A stretch of 64,000 bases of DNA from Camelus ferus (Eukaryota): positions 25,482,001 through 25,546,000 of the forward strand of contig NC_045712.1 of NCBI RefSeq assembly GCF_009834535.1, in the 5' to 3' direction. Made by a program: the position numbers and the translations under genes. This document shows positions 36,401 through 52,100 of the stretch, in pieces. The notes beneath the pieces were generated by a model. The model worked only from the letters and a program-made list of their open reading frames with translations, did not search any database and had not been told where the DNA came from. Within the stretch, counting starts at the first letter, position 1; every line of letters begins with the position of its first letter.

Positions 36401-38305
36401 AGTTATGGGTGGCCAGCCTGAGACTCAAGCCTCACTAGGTGCCGGCAGCATTGCCCATTTGGCCAACCCCAGCACTCGCCTGCCCTTTCTGGACTGCCTA
36501 GATTCCAGCCCAGGACTCTGCATCCACACAACCCTGACTAATGGCTCTGCCACCTGCTCTCCCTCCTGGCAGCCATGGCCCCAGTGGCAGCAGGATGGCT
36601 TCTGGTATCATATGAGGTAGGGATCAGATGGCCCTGGGAACAGGCCAGGACTAGGGTTGGGGTGGAGGTGGGTAGCAGCCCTGAACAAGCAGAAACCCTC
36701 GGCCGTCACAGCTGCTTAAATGGAACAGGCAACAATGCTGCCCTTTGTGCCCACCCAGCGGGCAGAGGTTGTGACAGACCAGCCCTGGCTGGCAAGGGGG
36801 CTGAACTATAGAGACCCCCATGCCTCACTGCAGGGAGGAAGAATGTACAGGTCCCACTGGAGAAGTAATTCAGCAACAGTCTAAAGAGTGATTGCAGTTC
36901 AAATACTCCAGCCACATGATTCCAACCCTGGGCATCCAAACAGCATTGTTCATAAAAACAAAAGCTCCTCCAAACCAGGACAGCGCTCAGGGATACGGCA
37001 GACTCCAGGCCCTAAAAGATGCCCACATGCCCCAGCCACTGTAATACAGAAAAATCTGTAATGCAGAAAAACACTCAGAACACCATCTGATAACAAAGAT
37101 AAGACTTTCCTAAATATTTTTGGAGGGACATGTTCATGGGACACATCTGTGGCAGTGATGATTTCACACGTTATCCATATTAAAACTTACTGGATTATAT
37201 ACTTTAAATACATGTAGTTTACTGTATAAATATTCCTCAATAAAAGTTTGTTTTAAGGAGCTGAAATTGACAAAAAGTTTTAACAAACTTTCCATACAGC
37301 ACAATCCAAACTACATACATCTTGATATAAAGGAAACAGAAAGGAATCACACTCAAATGGTCATGTTAACATAAGATGACAGATGCTTCTTCTTTGTCTG
37401 TTTCTAAGTTTCTGCTAAAGTGCACCTGTAACTTTGACATAAGCTAAACTTAAATATATTACATAAGCAACGAAAAAAGCTGGTAGGGTCTGTGCTTCAT
37501 AGATCCAAGCAGAGGCTACAGAGGGCCAGGGTGGGGCAGAGGTGAGGGCAGGTGCACACTGGACCAGATGCTGAGTGGGGAGTACTCAGGTGTGAAGTGC
37601 TATGATGAGTGCTGAGTGCACACCACTATGCCCCTACCCTCTGCTCCATCCTCAGAAGGAAGGTACTAGCACTGCCAGGGGAAAAGAAGAAGCGGGGTCC
37701 AGAAGGCAGACTCTCTGGCCGCAGGTGTCACAGCCAGGAGTAGCAGAGTGAGAATGGAGCTCAAGCCAGCCTCCCCAGAGCCCAGGCCCCCTTCCCTACA
37801 ATGCCACCCCCAGCCTCTGGTCTGGTCCCTCAGGGAGAGGAGGGGCAATCCCCCGGGCCATACCTGCTGGTGGCTGCTGTGGGTGCCCGATCAGGAGAGG
37901 AAAAGATGCGGTGCAGGTAGTCATTCAGTAGCTTCTCATGCACGATGCCTGGGTCACAGATCAGAAGAGAGAGAAGGGACACATGGTCAGTGTGGCTCCC
38001 AGCTTCTCGTGGCCCCAGAGGCTCCTGGTCCCAGGTCCAGGGGTCAGAGAAGCAGTCACATTGGGTACCCTGCTCCATGGCTGCTGTCAGGGAAGAGGTG
38101 GCTCACAGTACAAGGGGTGCAGCAAAGCCTGAGACTCATTGGACCTGGGACCTTGCCACCTCTGTCTCTTCCTCCTTCTTCCCTCAACACAAGGAGCCTC
38201 CTCCCAGCCCTGCAAGCCCTCACCTGCGACCCTGGATTTCTCCGCATCTGAGGTCAGCCTGTAGCTCTTGCGGGAAAAAGACATGCTGGCCCCTTTGGAT
38301 GCCAT
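12418..38305 (-). CDS. RNF123: E3 ubiquitin ligase RNF123/KPC1 (SPRY + C-terminal RING), 1318 aa, 38 coding exons
   Basis: Coding exons in transcript order: 38224-38305, 37864-37948, 35127-35206, 34887-34981, 34417-34471, 34219-34304, 33831-33917, 33536-33603, 33216-33341, 32763-32877, 32574-32678, 32035-32172, 31793-31885, 31648-31721, 30742-30859, 30447-30546, 30170-30231, 29917-29988, 29572-29692, 28846-28947, 27538-27644, 26931-27129, 26428-26573, 26068-26151, 25220-25327, 20660-20837, 19722-19796, 19485-19572, 19299-19386, 19114-19198, 17631-17770, 17335-17523, 17170-17245, 16853-16937, 13077-13219, 12833-12927, 12622-12707, 12418-12538. Total 3957 nt, in frame. Starts [15 protein letters not shown]; [42 protein letters not shown]; ends TSSAA*. 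Confidence 0.97.
13987..15513 (+). CDS. AMIGO3: AMIGO3 adhesion molecule (LRR + Ig + TM), single coding exon, 508 aa, nested antisense in RNF123 intron 35
   Basis: Uninterrupted ORF from ATG 13987 (gcagccATGg). Signal peptide, LRRNT CPYKCVC, LRRs, LRRCT NPLPCDC, Ig domain, TM segment [23 protein letters not shown], cytoplasmic HKHVVFLEP. Lies within RNF123 intron 13220-16852. Confidence 0.97.
   Translation: MARLVLQGTLLCMLRIGLGIPDSEGFLPPGPHNCPYKCVCTADLLSCTGLGLQDVPVALPVTAADLDLSHNALQHLRPGWLAPLSRLRALRLNHNELNVLGRGVFNNASGLRLLDLSSNALRALGRHDLDGLGALEMLLLFNNHLAHLDEHAFHGLRALSRLYLGCNQLASFSFHHLHGLGATHLLTLDLSSNRLGRISIPDLAALPAFLKNGLYLHNNPLPCDCHLYHLLQRWHQRGLNAVSDFTREYTCLAFKVPTSRVRFFEHSRVFENCSAAMALGLEQPEEQLHVQVGRSLRLHCNTSAPAMRIAWVSPQHELLVAPGSRDGSIAVLADGTLAIGNVQTRHQGVFVCLATGPRLHHNQTHEYNVSVHFPHPEPEAFNTGFTTLLGCAVGLVLVLLYLFAPPCPGCRRCYHHTCHCRRWPRTPSPLQELSAQSSVLSTTPPNASSRKASVHKHVVFLEPGRRGLNGRVQLAVAEDFDLYNPVGLRLQAGSESASSTGSEGLVMT
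16475..16480 (+). terminator. AMIGO3: Polyadenylation signal AATAAA of AMIGO3 (possibly shared with a long GMPPB 3' UTR)
   Basis: First canonical plus-strand AATAAA I could find after both the GMPPB and AMIGO3 stop codons (manual scan). Confidence 0.65.
22160..24245 (+). mobile_element. 5'-truncated decayed L1 (ORF2 RT region to 3' UTR) in RNF123 intron 26, antisense to the gene
   Basis: [21 protein letters not shown] and TTTGCAGATGACATGATC (FADDMI) at about 22335. Later ORF2 remnants ([18 protein letters not shown]) and an L1M 3' UTR follow; the frame is broken. Confidence 0.92.
24690..24845 (+). mobile_element. L2 3' end fragment
   Basis: CCTGGGAGAGCAGACT...CATCCCTAGTG...CACCTGGCA...TTATTAAATGAACAAGTGAGTGAATGAGTGA. 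Confidence 0.45.
30860..31647 (-). other. RNF123: U12-type GT-AG intron 15 of RNF123
   Basis: Donor GTATCCTCC. Branch site TTCCTTGAC (plus-strand 30869-30877) lies 9 nt before the exon, with no polypyrimidine tract. Confidence 0.85.
32878..33215 (-). other. RNF123: U12-type AT-AC intron 10 of RNF123
   Basis: Donor ATATCCTTTTG, branch GGCTTAAC, acceptor ...GTGGCAC. Splicing joins CG|C TAC CCG GTG to give the expected R-Y-P-V. Confidence 0.93.
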
Positions 38306-38446
38306 CTTTCATCGTTTGTGGGCAGCCAGTGGTCCTGGGGGCTGAAGCAGAGGCAAAGCCTGTCTATTCAAAGCTAGTCAAAGGCCCTCACACTGACCTC
38401 AGTCTTGGGGTGTCAGGAGGCTTGGGAGCAGGTGAAGCCAGTGCAT

Positions 38447-38482
38447 GCACGCACGTGCGGGCACACACACACACACACACAC
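38447..38482. repeat. (CA)n microsatellite
   Basis: GCACGCACGTGCGGGCACACACACACACACACACT. Confidence 0.8.
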
Positions 38483-39051
38483 TAACCCAGGGCACAAGAA
38501 AGCAGTGGCCTCCAGCTTCCTACACAGGGAGGGTGAGTCGGGTTCTGGGCCCATGTTACAGGGCCCCAGCATGTCCCAGGGCTCACACAGGGCCTGACAC
38601 AGAGCAGGTGATAGATATATGTTTGTTAAACTAAATGAAATGCCTCAACCCAGTGGGAAATCAGATCAAAGTGTCTAAAGTGAGGTGGCCTAGGGGAAGA
38701 GCCCATGTATCCTTCTCAGTGGTAAGCCACACTGGGTCCATATCTGGAAGAGAGAACCCAAACCAAGCCAAGTCCACTGTCCAAGGCCTTGTCCATCTCC
38801 AGCCACAAGTCCTGCTGACACCCAAGGCCAGGACCCCCTTCCTCAGTTCCAGGATCATCCCTTCTCTATTCCAAAGGCCTGCTAGCTTTCCTTTTCGCAC
38901 TTACAGACAGTCTCCCACCCCATCACAGCATCACCCTTGCCCATTCAAAGACTCCACTGGTCTTCCCACTGCTGTCCATTCCTCAAATATCATGGTGTTG
39001 CTACAGCTGCTTCAGAAGCTGCACTAAATTGCTAGTGCCAGCCTCAAAGAT

Positions 39052-39435
39052 CTAGAGCTGTGCTGTACAACACAGTAGTTACTAGCCACATGTGGCTACT
39101 TAAATTTGAATTAAATTTCTAAAAATTTAAAAATCAACTTCTCAGGCACTCTCCCATCTGAGTGAAACAGATCCCACTCTGTCTATGGAGTGTGTAACTA
39201 CTTTTACTTTAAATTAATCACCTAACCCCCAAACCTCGTGGCTTTTCCCTTCTGAAAGAGCCTGCACTCTATGGAGTATGTATCTCTCTAAATAAGTCTA
39301 CGTTTACTCAAAAAAAAAAAATCAATTTCTCAATTATATTAACCACATTTCACGGATTTTGTGGCCAGTGATTATGAGACAAGACACCGAACAAAAAGAA
39401 TATTTCCATCATCACAGAAAGTTCTATCAGCTGGT
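39052..39435. mobile_element. MER33/MER3-like hAT MITE split by a younger insertion
   Basis: GCTGTGCTGTACAACACAGTAGTTACTAGCCACATGTGGCTACTTAAATTT on the left and CCACATTTCA...AGAATATTTCCATCATCACAGAAAGTTCTAT on the right. Confidence 0.7.
39145..39316 (+). mobile_element. Short polyadenylated retroposed insert resembling an ERV LTR 3' (R) segment
   Basis: A12 tail; 16-bp TSD AAAAATCAAYTTCTCA at 39129-39144 and 39317-39332; ...CTATGGAGTATGTATCTCTCTAAATAAG... before the tail; no tRNA/7SL head. Confidence 0.65.
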
Positions 39436-39699
39436 TTAGAGCCTAGCCCTCGAGCAATACCTTAGACAGCACTCTTTTCTCTTATCTCACCCCAAACAGG
39501 TCCAGTGCTCCCGCCACACACCCTTGCTCACTCACGGTCCGCACCACGCCTGCCCCTCGGGAAAGTGACTTCCCACCCTACCGCCCACCGCAGGCAACCA
39601 TGACCGCTGTCCCTCTCACTCCAGAACAGGTCCAGGACAGGTTAGACGTGGTCGCTCATCTGAGGAGCAAACCTTCCATCCACCCCGGGTGTCAGGTGC

Positions 39700-40300
39700 T
39701 GAAGACCCAGATGAGAAGTAGATTTTGACTTTGCTCGGGGGCTCCCTGCCACGTCGATCCTGTTCAGCCGCGCAGAGGAATCAGGGCTCAGAACAGAACC
39801 GACCCCATCTCGGAACCCAAGGACGTGAGGGTAGCGCTGGTCTCTGCCAAGTCGCCCCCGCCCGGCCCCAAGCTCCGGAGGCTCCTCCAGGACAACTCCA
39901 GCCCGGAGTCTCGCACTTTAGACTGCGACTCCCTGAGCGACGAGCACCCTCGCACTAGACAGGCCGAGGCCGCAAGGCGAGCCGCGGGGACCCACCCCAC
40001 CCGGAGTTCAGCCGCCCCTCACTCACCCCTAGTGTCGGCCGCGGCGTCCCGGCTCACAACATCCGCCCAGCCTCTCGGCTACGGTGTCCGTCCAGGGCCA
40101 AACCGCGCGCCCGCCGCGCAAGCGCATTAGCCTGCGCAGGGCCTGCGCCGGGTGGGTGGGTGGGGGGCCTCCACGGCCTCCGGGATGTTCCCGGTGCCGC
40201 CTCGCTCCAGTGCCCAACCATCTCTGACCCCCGCCTGCGCCGGAGGAGCTCCTAGCACAGCCGTGTCGCAACTGTGTCCTGACTGGGAGACTTTGCTGCC
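39700..40300 (-). promoter_or_regulatory. RNF123: CpG island containing RNF123 non-coding exon 1 and promoter, head-to-head with MST1
   Basis: CpG-rich. Minus-strand donor GTGAGT at 40021-40026 (exon 1 ends 40027). An NRF1-like CGCGCAAGCGCA lies near 40115-40126. Confidence 0.7.
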
Positions 40301-40817
40301 TATTTCAACTCCTACCAGCTACTTGCAGACCCCACCCAGAGGTCCCCTAGGATGCCGGAAAGGCGGCTCCTCGCAGGGTCCCTGCTCCCTGTCACCCTCA
40401 CCTCCATTCAGGCCTGACGGGTGGCCTCGCTCACCTTCCCTGGGATGGCACCTCCGGCGGGGCTAGGGGGGCCCTCTATCTGGGGCGTGGACAGACCCGC
40501 CTCCAGCAAAAGAGGCAGGCTGTTTTGGGGCTGGAGCAGGGAACGTTATCCACTTTACAGGGGAAGGCTGAGGCTCAGGCAACTTTAATATCACTGCCTC
40601 TGGCAGCAACCATGTCCACGCTGTCCTTCCCTTCAGAGAAGCCTAGGCTGCAGGGGGGCTCCACTCCCACTCCAGGGCACCTCAAGTGCCCCAATTAACC
40701 TTTCCAACACTGTCCACTACACAGAGAGGCCTCACAGGGGCTAGCTGTGCCGAAGTGAAGACCCTTGCCACCTCACCTAGGGGCTCTGACGTTGGCCCCA
40801 CCCCCATTCCTGCCACT

Positions 40818-40830
40818 GGGTCTCAGGTCA
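40818..40830 (+). promoter_or_regulatory. MST1: DR1 nuclear-receptor element (HNF4-type) in the MST1 promoter
   Basis: GGGTCT-C-AGGTCA just upstream of MST1 exon 1. MST1 is known to be hepatocyte-expressed and HNF4-regulated. Confidence 0.5.
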
Positions 40831-40842
40831 GGCCCCATCAGG

Positions 40843-40994
40843 NNNNNNNNNNNNNNNNNNNNNNNNNNNNNNNNNNNNNNNNNNNNNNNNNNNNNNNNNN
40901 NNNNNNNNNNNNNNNNNNNNNNNNNNNNNNNNNNNNNNNNNNNNNNNNNNNNNNNNNNNNNNNNNNNNNNNNNNNNNNNNNNNNNNNNNNNNNN
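40843..40994. other. Assembly/masking gap hiding the MST1 start; one of nine N runs
   Basis: N runs at 283-421, 1964-2095, 6615-6754, 23638-23836, 40843-40994, 56991-57248, 59412-59566, 59962-60109 and 60140-60303. Confidence 0.95.
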
Positions 40995-45532
<4,538 letters not shown>

Positions 45533-46036
45533 GCCCAGCCTCAATCCTGTGTGCCTTGGGGAGGATGAAGCTATCTGTCAGACATAAAGCCACCTTTCTT
45601 CTTTATGCCTCTGAAGGGTGCTTCTTAGCCTCTGCTTCTAGGGCATGAACTGGCAACACCTCCTTAGGGCCTGGGTGGCTCGAGTCCAGCACACCCTGGG
45701 CCGGGCGATCTGACCCTAGGGCTACCTTAGCCTGTAGGTGCTGTGGAAACCAGGGCCTCACTGGTCCCCCAGATAAACTTGGGAGGGGAAGGATGGTGTA
45801 GGGCAGTTTCTAACAGAAGGGGCTGCAGCAGAGGGAGCTAGCCTGGTGGAGTCCCACGTGGCCAGGACAGGCAGCGGTTCAGTCTCTCACTATCCCCTGC
45901 CCCCTCACATTGGCAGTAGATGCCGTCCTTATGGCTGCCACACCCAGGGCCTACGGCCTCTGAACCCCAAGGGTGGGGCTGGGGTTACAGGTGGCTTGGT
46001 ACAAAGTACCAGCAAGAACCAGACTCTGTGTCCTCA

Positions 46037-46042
46037 TTTATT
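46037..46042 (-). terminator. APEH: APEH polyadenylation signal AATAAA
   Basis: TTTATT on the plus strand about 145 nt past the APEH stop. Confidence 0.7.
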
Positions 46043-46185
46043 ATGAGTATGTAGTCCACATTCCTTGGCTCACCTATCCATGGAGTCCAGAGCCCAGGCT
46101 GCCTTTCACCACTCTGCTAGACCCTGGGGCTCTCCAAGAGCCAAGTGCGGCATATGCCAGCCGGCTCATGCAGAGAGGTAGGGCT

Positions 46186-49100
46186 TCAGTTGCCCAAGTG
46201 TGTGCACAGCCAGAGCACAGCATTCATGAAGCTGTCTGATTCCACTTCCACCTCTGACAGTGTATGGGTGCTTTTGGGATAGAGCAGGAGCCTGCAAGGG
46301 TCGGGCAGTGATGTTTGAGGTTGGAGGATCCTCCCCTGCTCACCTGCTCACCTGCTCACCAGCTCCCAGGGCTGTCGCCAGATGTGTGCCACACTCACCG
46401 AACTGGCACATTCCGGGCCTTGAGGGCACGGTAATACTCCATGCCCTGTTTGAAGGGCACACGCCTGTCCTCCTGGCCCAGCATCAGTAACAGTGGAGTC
46501 TTCACCTGGATGTGTGGGGAGTCGTCGTAAGCAGGGTCCGGGGCCCTGGACACACTGGCAGCACAGTGGGCAGGGGGAGGGCTGTGTACCTGAGAGGTGT
46601 ACTTGATGGGCGACCTGTCCAGCATGTCAGCCCACAGGCTGAGGTCTGGCAGGCAGTCGCTGCTGTAGGGGAAGCCAGACTCCACCACGCACCTGCAAGA
46701 GACTGAGCTGAAGCAGCCCCTGGAGTTCTGGGGCCTACGGGAACTCCATGAGGGTATGGGGTAGAGGCGAGAAGGGCAGGGACCTGTGGGCACACCCACC
46801 AGTCAGGGATGTCAGTAGAGCCCATCATGGAGGCAATGTTGATCACAGGGTTCCGTACCACACAGGCGCCGTAGGTCTCTGGGTACTGACCAATCAGGTG
46901 GCAGGAGAGGAAGCCACCATGGGAACCACCCATAAGGGCCACACGGCCTGCGTCAAAGTGTTCCTCCCGGAGCACCTGCTCTACTGCAAACTACAGGGTG
47001 GGGCAGATCATGCTGCAGCCGGCTGCCTGCTCAGCAGGATGAAGGCACACCCCCAAGAACCTACCCTCCAACCTGTCCAGAAGCCCCAGCCCCTGCTACC
47101 TGGACGTCCTTCACATCCTGGTGGCCCACATTGCCGGGGAGGGAGAAGATGCTGTCCTGGCCAAAGCCCGTGGAGCCACGATAGTTCACTGGAGGCCAGG
47201 GAGGGACCAGACAGAGTAGTCAAGTGACATTCCTAGCTCCCCGGATACCCTTTCACCCATATGTGAAGTAGGCCTTAGGGCCAGCTGCCACCACAGACTC
47301 AAGGGGAAGGGGCTAAGAGATCTGAGAAAGCCCAGTGACTACAGCAGCCTTCCCATGGAAGTCTTGATTTAGCCCATGTTATCACCATGCCATGGAACCA
47401 GAGGCTGGGCGAGGGCAGTTTCTGATAGTGGTTACCAGATCCAGACTACAGAGAGGCCTGGAGACTAGGGTGATACAAACCAGATCCACTCCATCGATAC
47501 CCCACAGCCCTACCAGAGCCGTGGGCCCTGCTCACTCACCCAGTAGTACTGCAAAGCCCATCTTGCAAAGCATGGCTGGGAACAGCATCCAGGCAGTGAC
47601 AAAGGATGAATGGGGTCCCCCTGCAGATAGGGAGCAGAGAGAGGGTGAAAGAGCCAGATAGGAGGGGTGGTGGGAGGGCAGGGACTCTCAGGCCAGTTGC
47701 CTACCGTGGGGCATGACCACCATGGGCACCTGGGTCTTATCTGGAGGATCGCTGGGCTGCAGAAGGATTGCTTCAAAGTCAAGGCCAGCTGCAGGGAGAA
47801 AGGCAATCAGCAGGGCCGGTGCTAATCCCCAGGGGCTTCCCGAGCCAAGGCCTCAGCTGTAGGTGCGGGTCTGGGGCTGACCTCTGAAACAAGAGACCTG
47901 GCCAAGGTAGCCCACACTGTGACACATGGACCCCAAGAGGCTCATGCTCCTGCCCTAGTCAGGGAGTCTCACTGTCTGCAGGGACAACATCCTGGGTAGC
48001 GTGTGGTCACAGAGGCCTTGTATAGGACTGTTACTTTGGGCTTCGTTATCCCACCACAGATGATTTGGTCTGGTGATGCCCAGACACTACTCCCCATGAC
48101 TGACCACAAGAGGAACAGAAAGCCTCTTGGAGATAATCTCAAGAGACCCCAAAATGTGAGACAGGAGGTTAGAAAGGTGACCACAGACCCTATATGCTGG
48201 GGAACTCAAGAGAAGGTGTCCCTCAGCCCTTGGCCCAGCTCACCATACTGCACATGCTCTTGCTCTGGGGGTGGCTGTAGTACCCGGATGCTCCAGGAGA
48301 TGTCAGGAATGGGCTCGGCCTCCTCCAGGGACACCCAGGATACTGTCTGCTCCTTCCCCGCAGGAGGCAGGAACCCAACTTTCTGCCAAGGCAAAAGAGT
48401 GTGTCACAGGCCTGGCTGCCTCCCTGCCTTTCCACCTCTGAGAAAGGGCAACTCTCATTATGGTGGGCCGTCTGCCCACCTCCACAGGGTACAGCATGGA
48501 CTCCTGTCGTAAGCTGATATGTACAAAGGTACTCATGTAACCACACATTCGTACCCCTCCCTCCTCAGCTTCTAGGCTCTGCCGTCTCCCTGTACTGTTA
48601 TACCCAGGGACTGGGCACTTTCCCAGACACCCTGTTCTGTACAGAGCAGACCTTAGCCCAGTAGTTCCTCCGCATGGTGCCAGACCCTCATGGACTAGCT
48701 ACCCTGGACCCACACCTTGGCCTCTCACATGCTGACCAGCCACAGTCAGACTCTGAGGCCACTTCCCTGACCTGGGGGGCTCTGCCTGCATGGAACCTCT
48801 GCCTTCTGGCCTGGGCGAACCCCCACCATCACTCACCAGGCTTGGGGGCAGGCTGGGCGTGGAGAACTGTGCCACCATGAGGTCCCGGTCAATTGTGAGC
48901 AGCTTCCAGCTTCCACCTGACCCCCCTGGAGAAGGCAGATACCACCACCATTCCCACCCCTCCCTGCAGAGCCAGAGTCCCAGCCTGAAGGCTCCACAGC
49001 GAGGTGCCCCTTCCACCCTGAGAAGCAAAGGGACACCCACAAAGGGACACAGCTCTGGGTGAGCTTCCTGCTCAGTCCATTCATCCAGCAGGTGCTGGCT

Positions 49101-52100
49101 GTGCCCCGGGACTGCCAGACCTGAGGACACACCAGACCACAGGGCACATCCACCCACCACCTGATGGACTGCAGTCTGCAGGGGCAGGGGCTGCTAGGCC
49201 CAGGTGGGGGTGGGCTCTGATTCTAGGCAGCAGGGTCCAAGGAGATCGAGATTCCTAAGCAGCGGCTGTACAGAGATGTTTGTGGAGGAGTGAGTACAGC
49301 CAGGGCAGGTGGAGAACTCAAAAACATTTTAGGGACAGAATCACCAGGCCTGGGTAAGAGGAAGATGAGGGAGCCAATCCAGGGCTTCTCTTGGGCCCTG
49401 GAGTGACAGAGGTGCCTCTGCCTGAGGTTTGGGGAGGAGGAAGGATGACTGACAGATCCTGACAAGAGAGAATTTTCTGGGTTCAAGGAGCAGGGTGGGA
49501 GCCATGCAGAGGCAGAGCCAGGACACAGGGAGCAGAGAAGGCTGTCCGTTGGTGGGATAAGGGTCCCCATGAAACTGTCAGTAAAGGCTGTGGAGTAGTC
49601 AGTGGTGCAGAGTGACCAAGAGTGCGGCCACTGCCCCATGTGCTCAAGCTTTAGTCCCACCCCTGGCCTGGCTGGTCCACTTGCCAGCCCTGCTCACCTG
49701 CCGTCAGAGAGGTCACAGTGCCCATCTGAGTGTCCACAGCAAACAGGTCCTGAAGCAGAAGGGAGGCCACGTGTGGTACCACATCCCAGAACCCAGTGGG
49801 TCATGCCCCCATCTCTGCTCTACCCTTTTGGGGACCTTGGGCCAGGCCAGGCCAGAGCTGTGAAGGACTATGGTGACAGCTACTCAGTGCAGCAGGGAGT
49901 GGCCTGAGGGCCTGGGTTCATATCCCAGCTCCGTTACAACTTGCTGAGTGACCCTGGGTAAGGTAAGGAATGACTCTGAGCCCCTTTGAACTACACTGTG
50001 GATCAAATGAAATCACATCCCAAAGGAGCCTGGCATACTGTGCTGTCCCCACCCAATCACTGGGAGAAAGCCACTGTCCCATCTCTATGAGCTCCCTGTA
50101 TGGTGTTCAGGGGCCCATCCCAGTGGCGGCCCCCTTGTCCTCCAGCTGGAAATGCTGAGGAAGGGCAATGTTTTGCATCTCTGCCTCAGGAGAAAGGGCC
50201 AAGGGCTCTGTTGTGAGGTACCCAGGCAGCCAGCCCCCTCAAGGAAAAGCAAGTCCAGGACAGGGGCAGGCAGGGCCTTAAAGAACCAGTGAGACCTTGT
50301 GGCTGGGCAATGTGCATGTGCTATGTCCCAGGCCCACAGCTCCTGGGGGTTGGTCAAGGGCCGCCTCTCAACACAGTCAGGGCCCCTTACCTGCCGGCTG
50401 CGCTGAACAGAGTCAAAAACCACTCTCTGGCTGTCAGCTGACCAGCATCCCAAAGGCAGAAGGCTGCAGTAGATCCCAGAGAAGTTCTCTGCAAAGGCAG
50501 AGGGCTGGGGGCCACGTCCAGGAATGGAGGTGTAGAGGGCTTAAGACTATGAGGCAGGCTGGGTTGCTGGGGAATTCACCTGGGACCCCCCAAATGTGAC
50601 AGAATGGCAGCCCCACATATGGGGGCACCCTAGGTGATGAGGCATGGCCTGAAGAGGGGGCTGAGAGGCAGAGGCCTCTGAGGTCCCAAGAGAGGGGGAA
50701 CGTGAGAACTTCTGAGAGAAACCACGGGTGCTCAGAAGAAATGCACTGGCATTCCTCTGAGCTGCTCTTATTTGGTCCCTGGTGGGCACTGGATGCTGTA
50801 ACCAAGACAACACCTGTCTGTCCATTACCGTACTTAGCAGAGTGCTGTGCAAAGGAGGCTGAATAAATCCTACCCTCTAATATCATCCCTCTTGTAGCCC
50901 TTGCTACCATCCTACAAAGAAGGCAGGGATAACTGCCAGCTTCTCACATAAAGAAATGGAAGCTTGGGGAGGTCAGGACACTGTCCAAGGACACACAGCT
51001 ATTAAGGGGCAGAGCTGAGATTCAGACCAGGTCCCCACTGCTACATCCCTGCAACGCCAAGAGAAGAAAAGGAGACCATCCCTTGTCCTTGATTCCTGGA
51101 ACTGACCAGGCGGCCTAAGGAAAAGAGACTCACCCCTCACATCCTTGTTCAGGATCCCAAGCAGAGTTGCGAGCACTCAAGACCGACTGGAGCTTGTCGG
51201 CCAAGGGCCACCCTCCCAGAGACCCCGCTGCCTCAAGGCCTTGGACTGAACAAATGCTAGGATGGGGGCTGGGAGTGGGAGAATGAGCACCCTTGGACTA
51301 GGACCTGCCAACCTAGTGCACTTTCTGAGACCCTTTGAAGGAGCAGTGGCTTTAACCAGCCATTGGAAAAATAAGAAATATCTATGGGCTGCAGCATGGG
51401 AATGAAACAATCTAAATCCTCAGCCAGTTTGGGCTGCTCTGATCTCAGCTTCAGTCTAGCTAACTTCCTTCTATCAGAACCATTCCCTACAGCGATGGCC
51501 CCAACCCCTGAGGAGGCAGAACCTAGGGCTGGCCCAGCAGGAGGGAGACTTCAGAAGGAACCCAGGAAGGAAGAGCTGAGGAGGCTGCCCCTGAGCCAGG
51601 ATAAAAGCTGGCAGGAAAACAGAGCTGCAGGCTCCACTGCACTCAACCAGCCACACACCCCTTACCTCCCAGCTGCCGAGGCACGACATCCACCACCACC
51701 GAGGTGACCCTGGTGTACCAGTCATACTGCAAGAGAACATAGTGGTCAGGCCCACCAAGGGACCGGCAGTACCCTCAGGGCATGGAGCTCTGTACACCTG
51801 TCCTCTTCCATGATAGACTAGCATAGCCTCAGGGAAGGGAGGGGAGGACCTGAGAGGAGCACGGTGTATCTTCTTTCTGGTAACCTGGACGAGCTGTCCA
51901 AGGGGCCTCTGACTTTCACTAGGAGCCCAGAGCTCTTCGTGAGCAAAGACTATGTAACTGCCCACTACATCCCAGGCCCTTGCAGAGCCTGGCCACGTAC
52001 AGTGAGAAGCAATGGGAGGAGCATTCGTGTAGACAGAGGATGCTCTCTAGGTGGTGAGTCTGGGTTGTGCAGAGGCCCCCATGCTAGCACTCTCAGCCTC

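Noticed and set aside
37945-38634. 229-aa plus-strand ORF antisense to RNF123 exons 2-3
   Set aside because: Runs through a CA microsatellite (HTHTHT) and L2-like sequence; no protein-like features.
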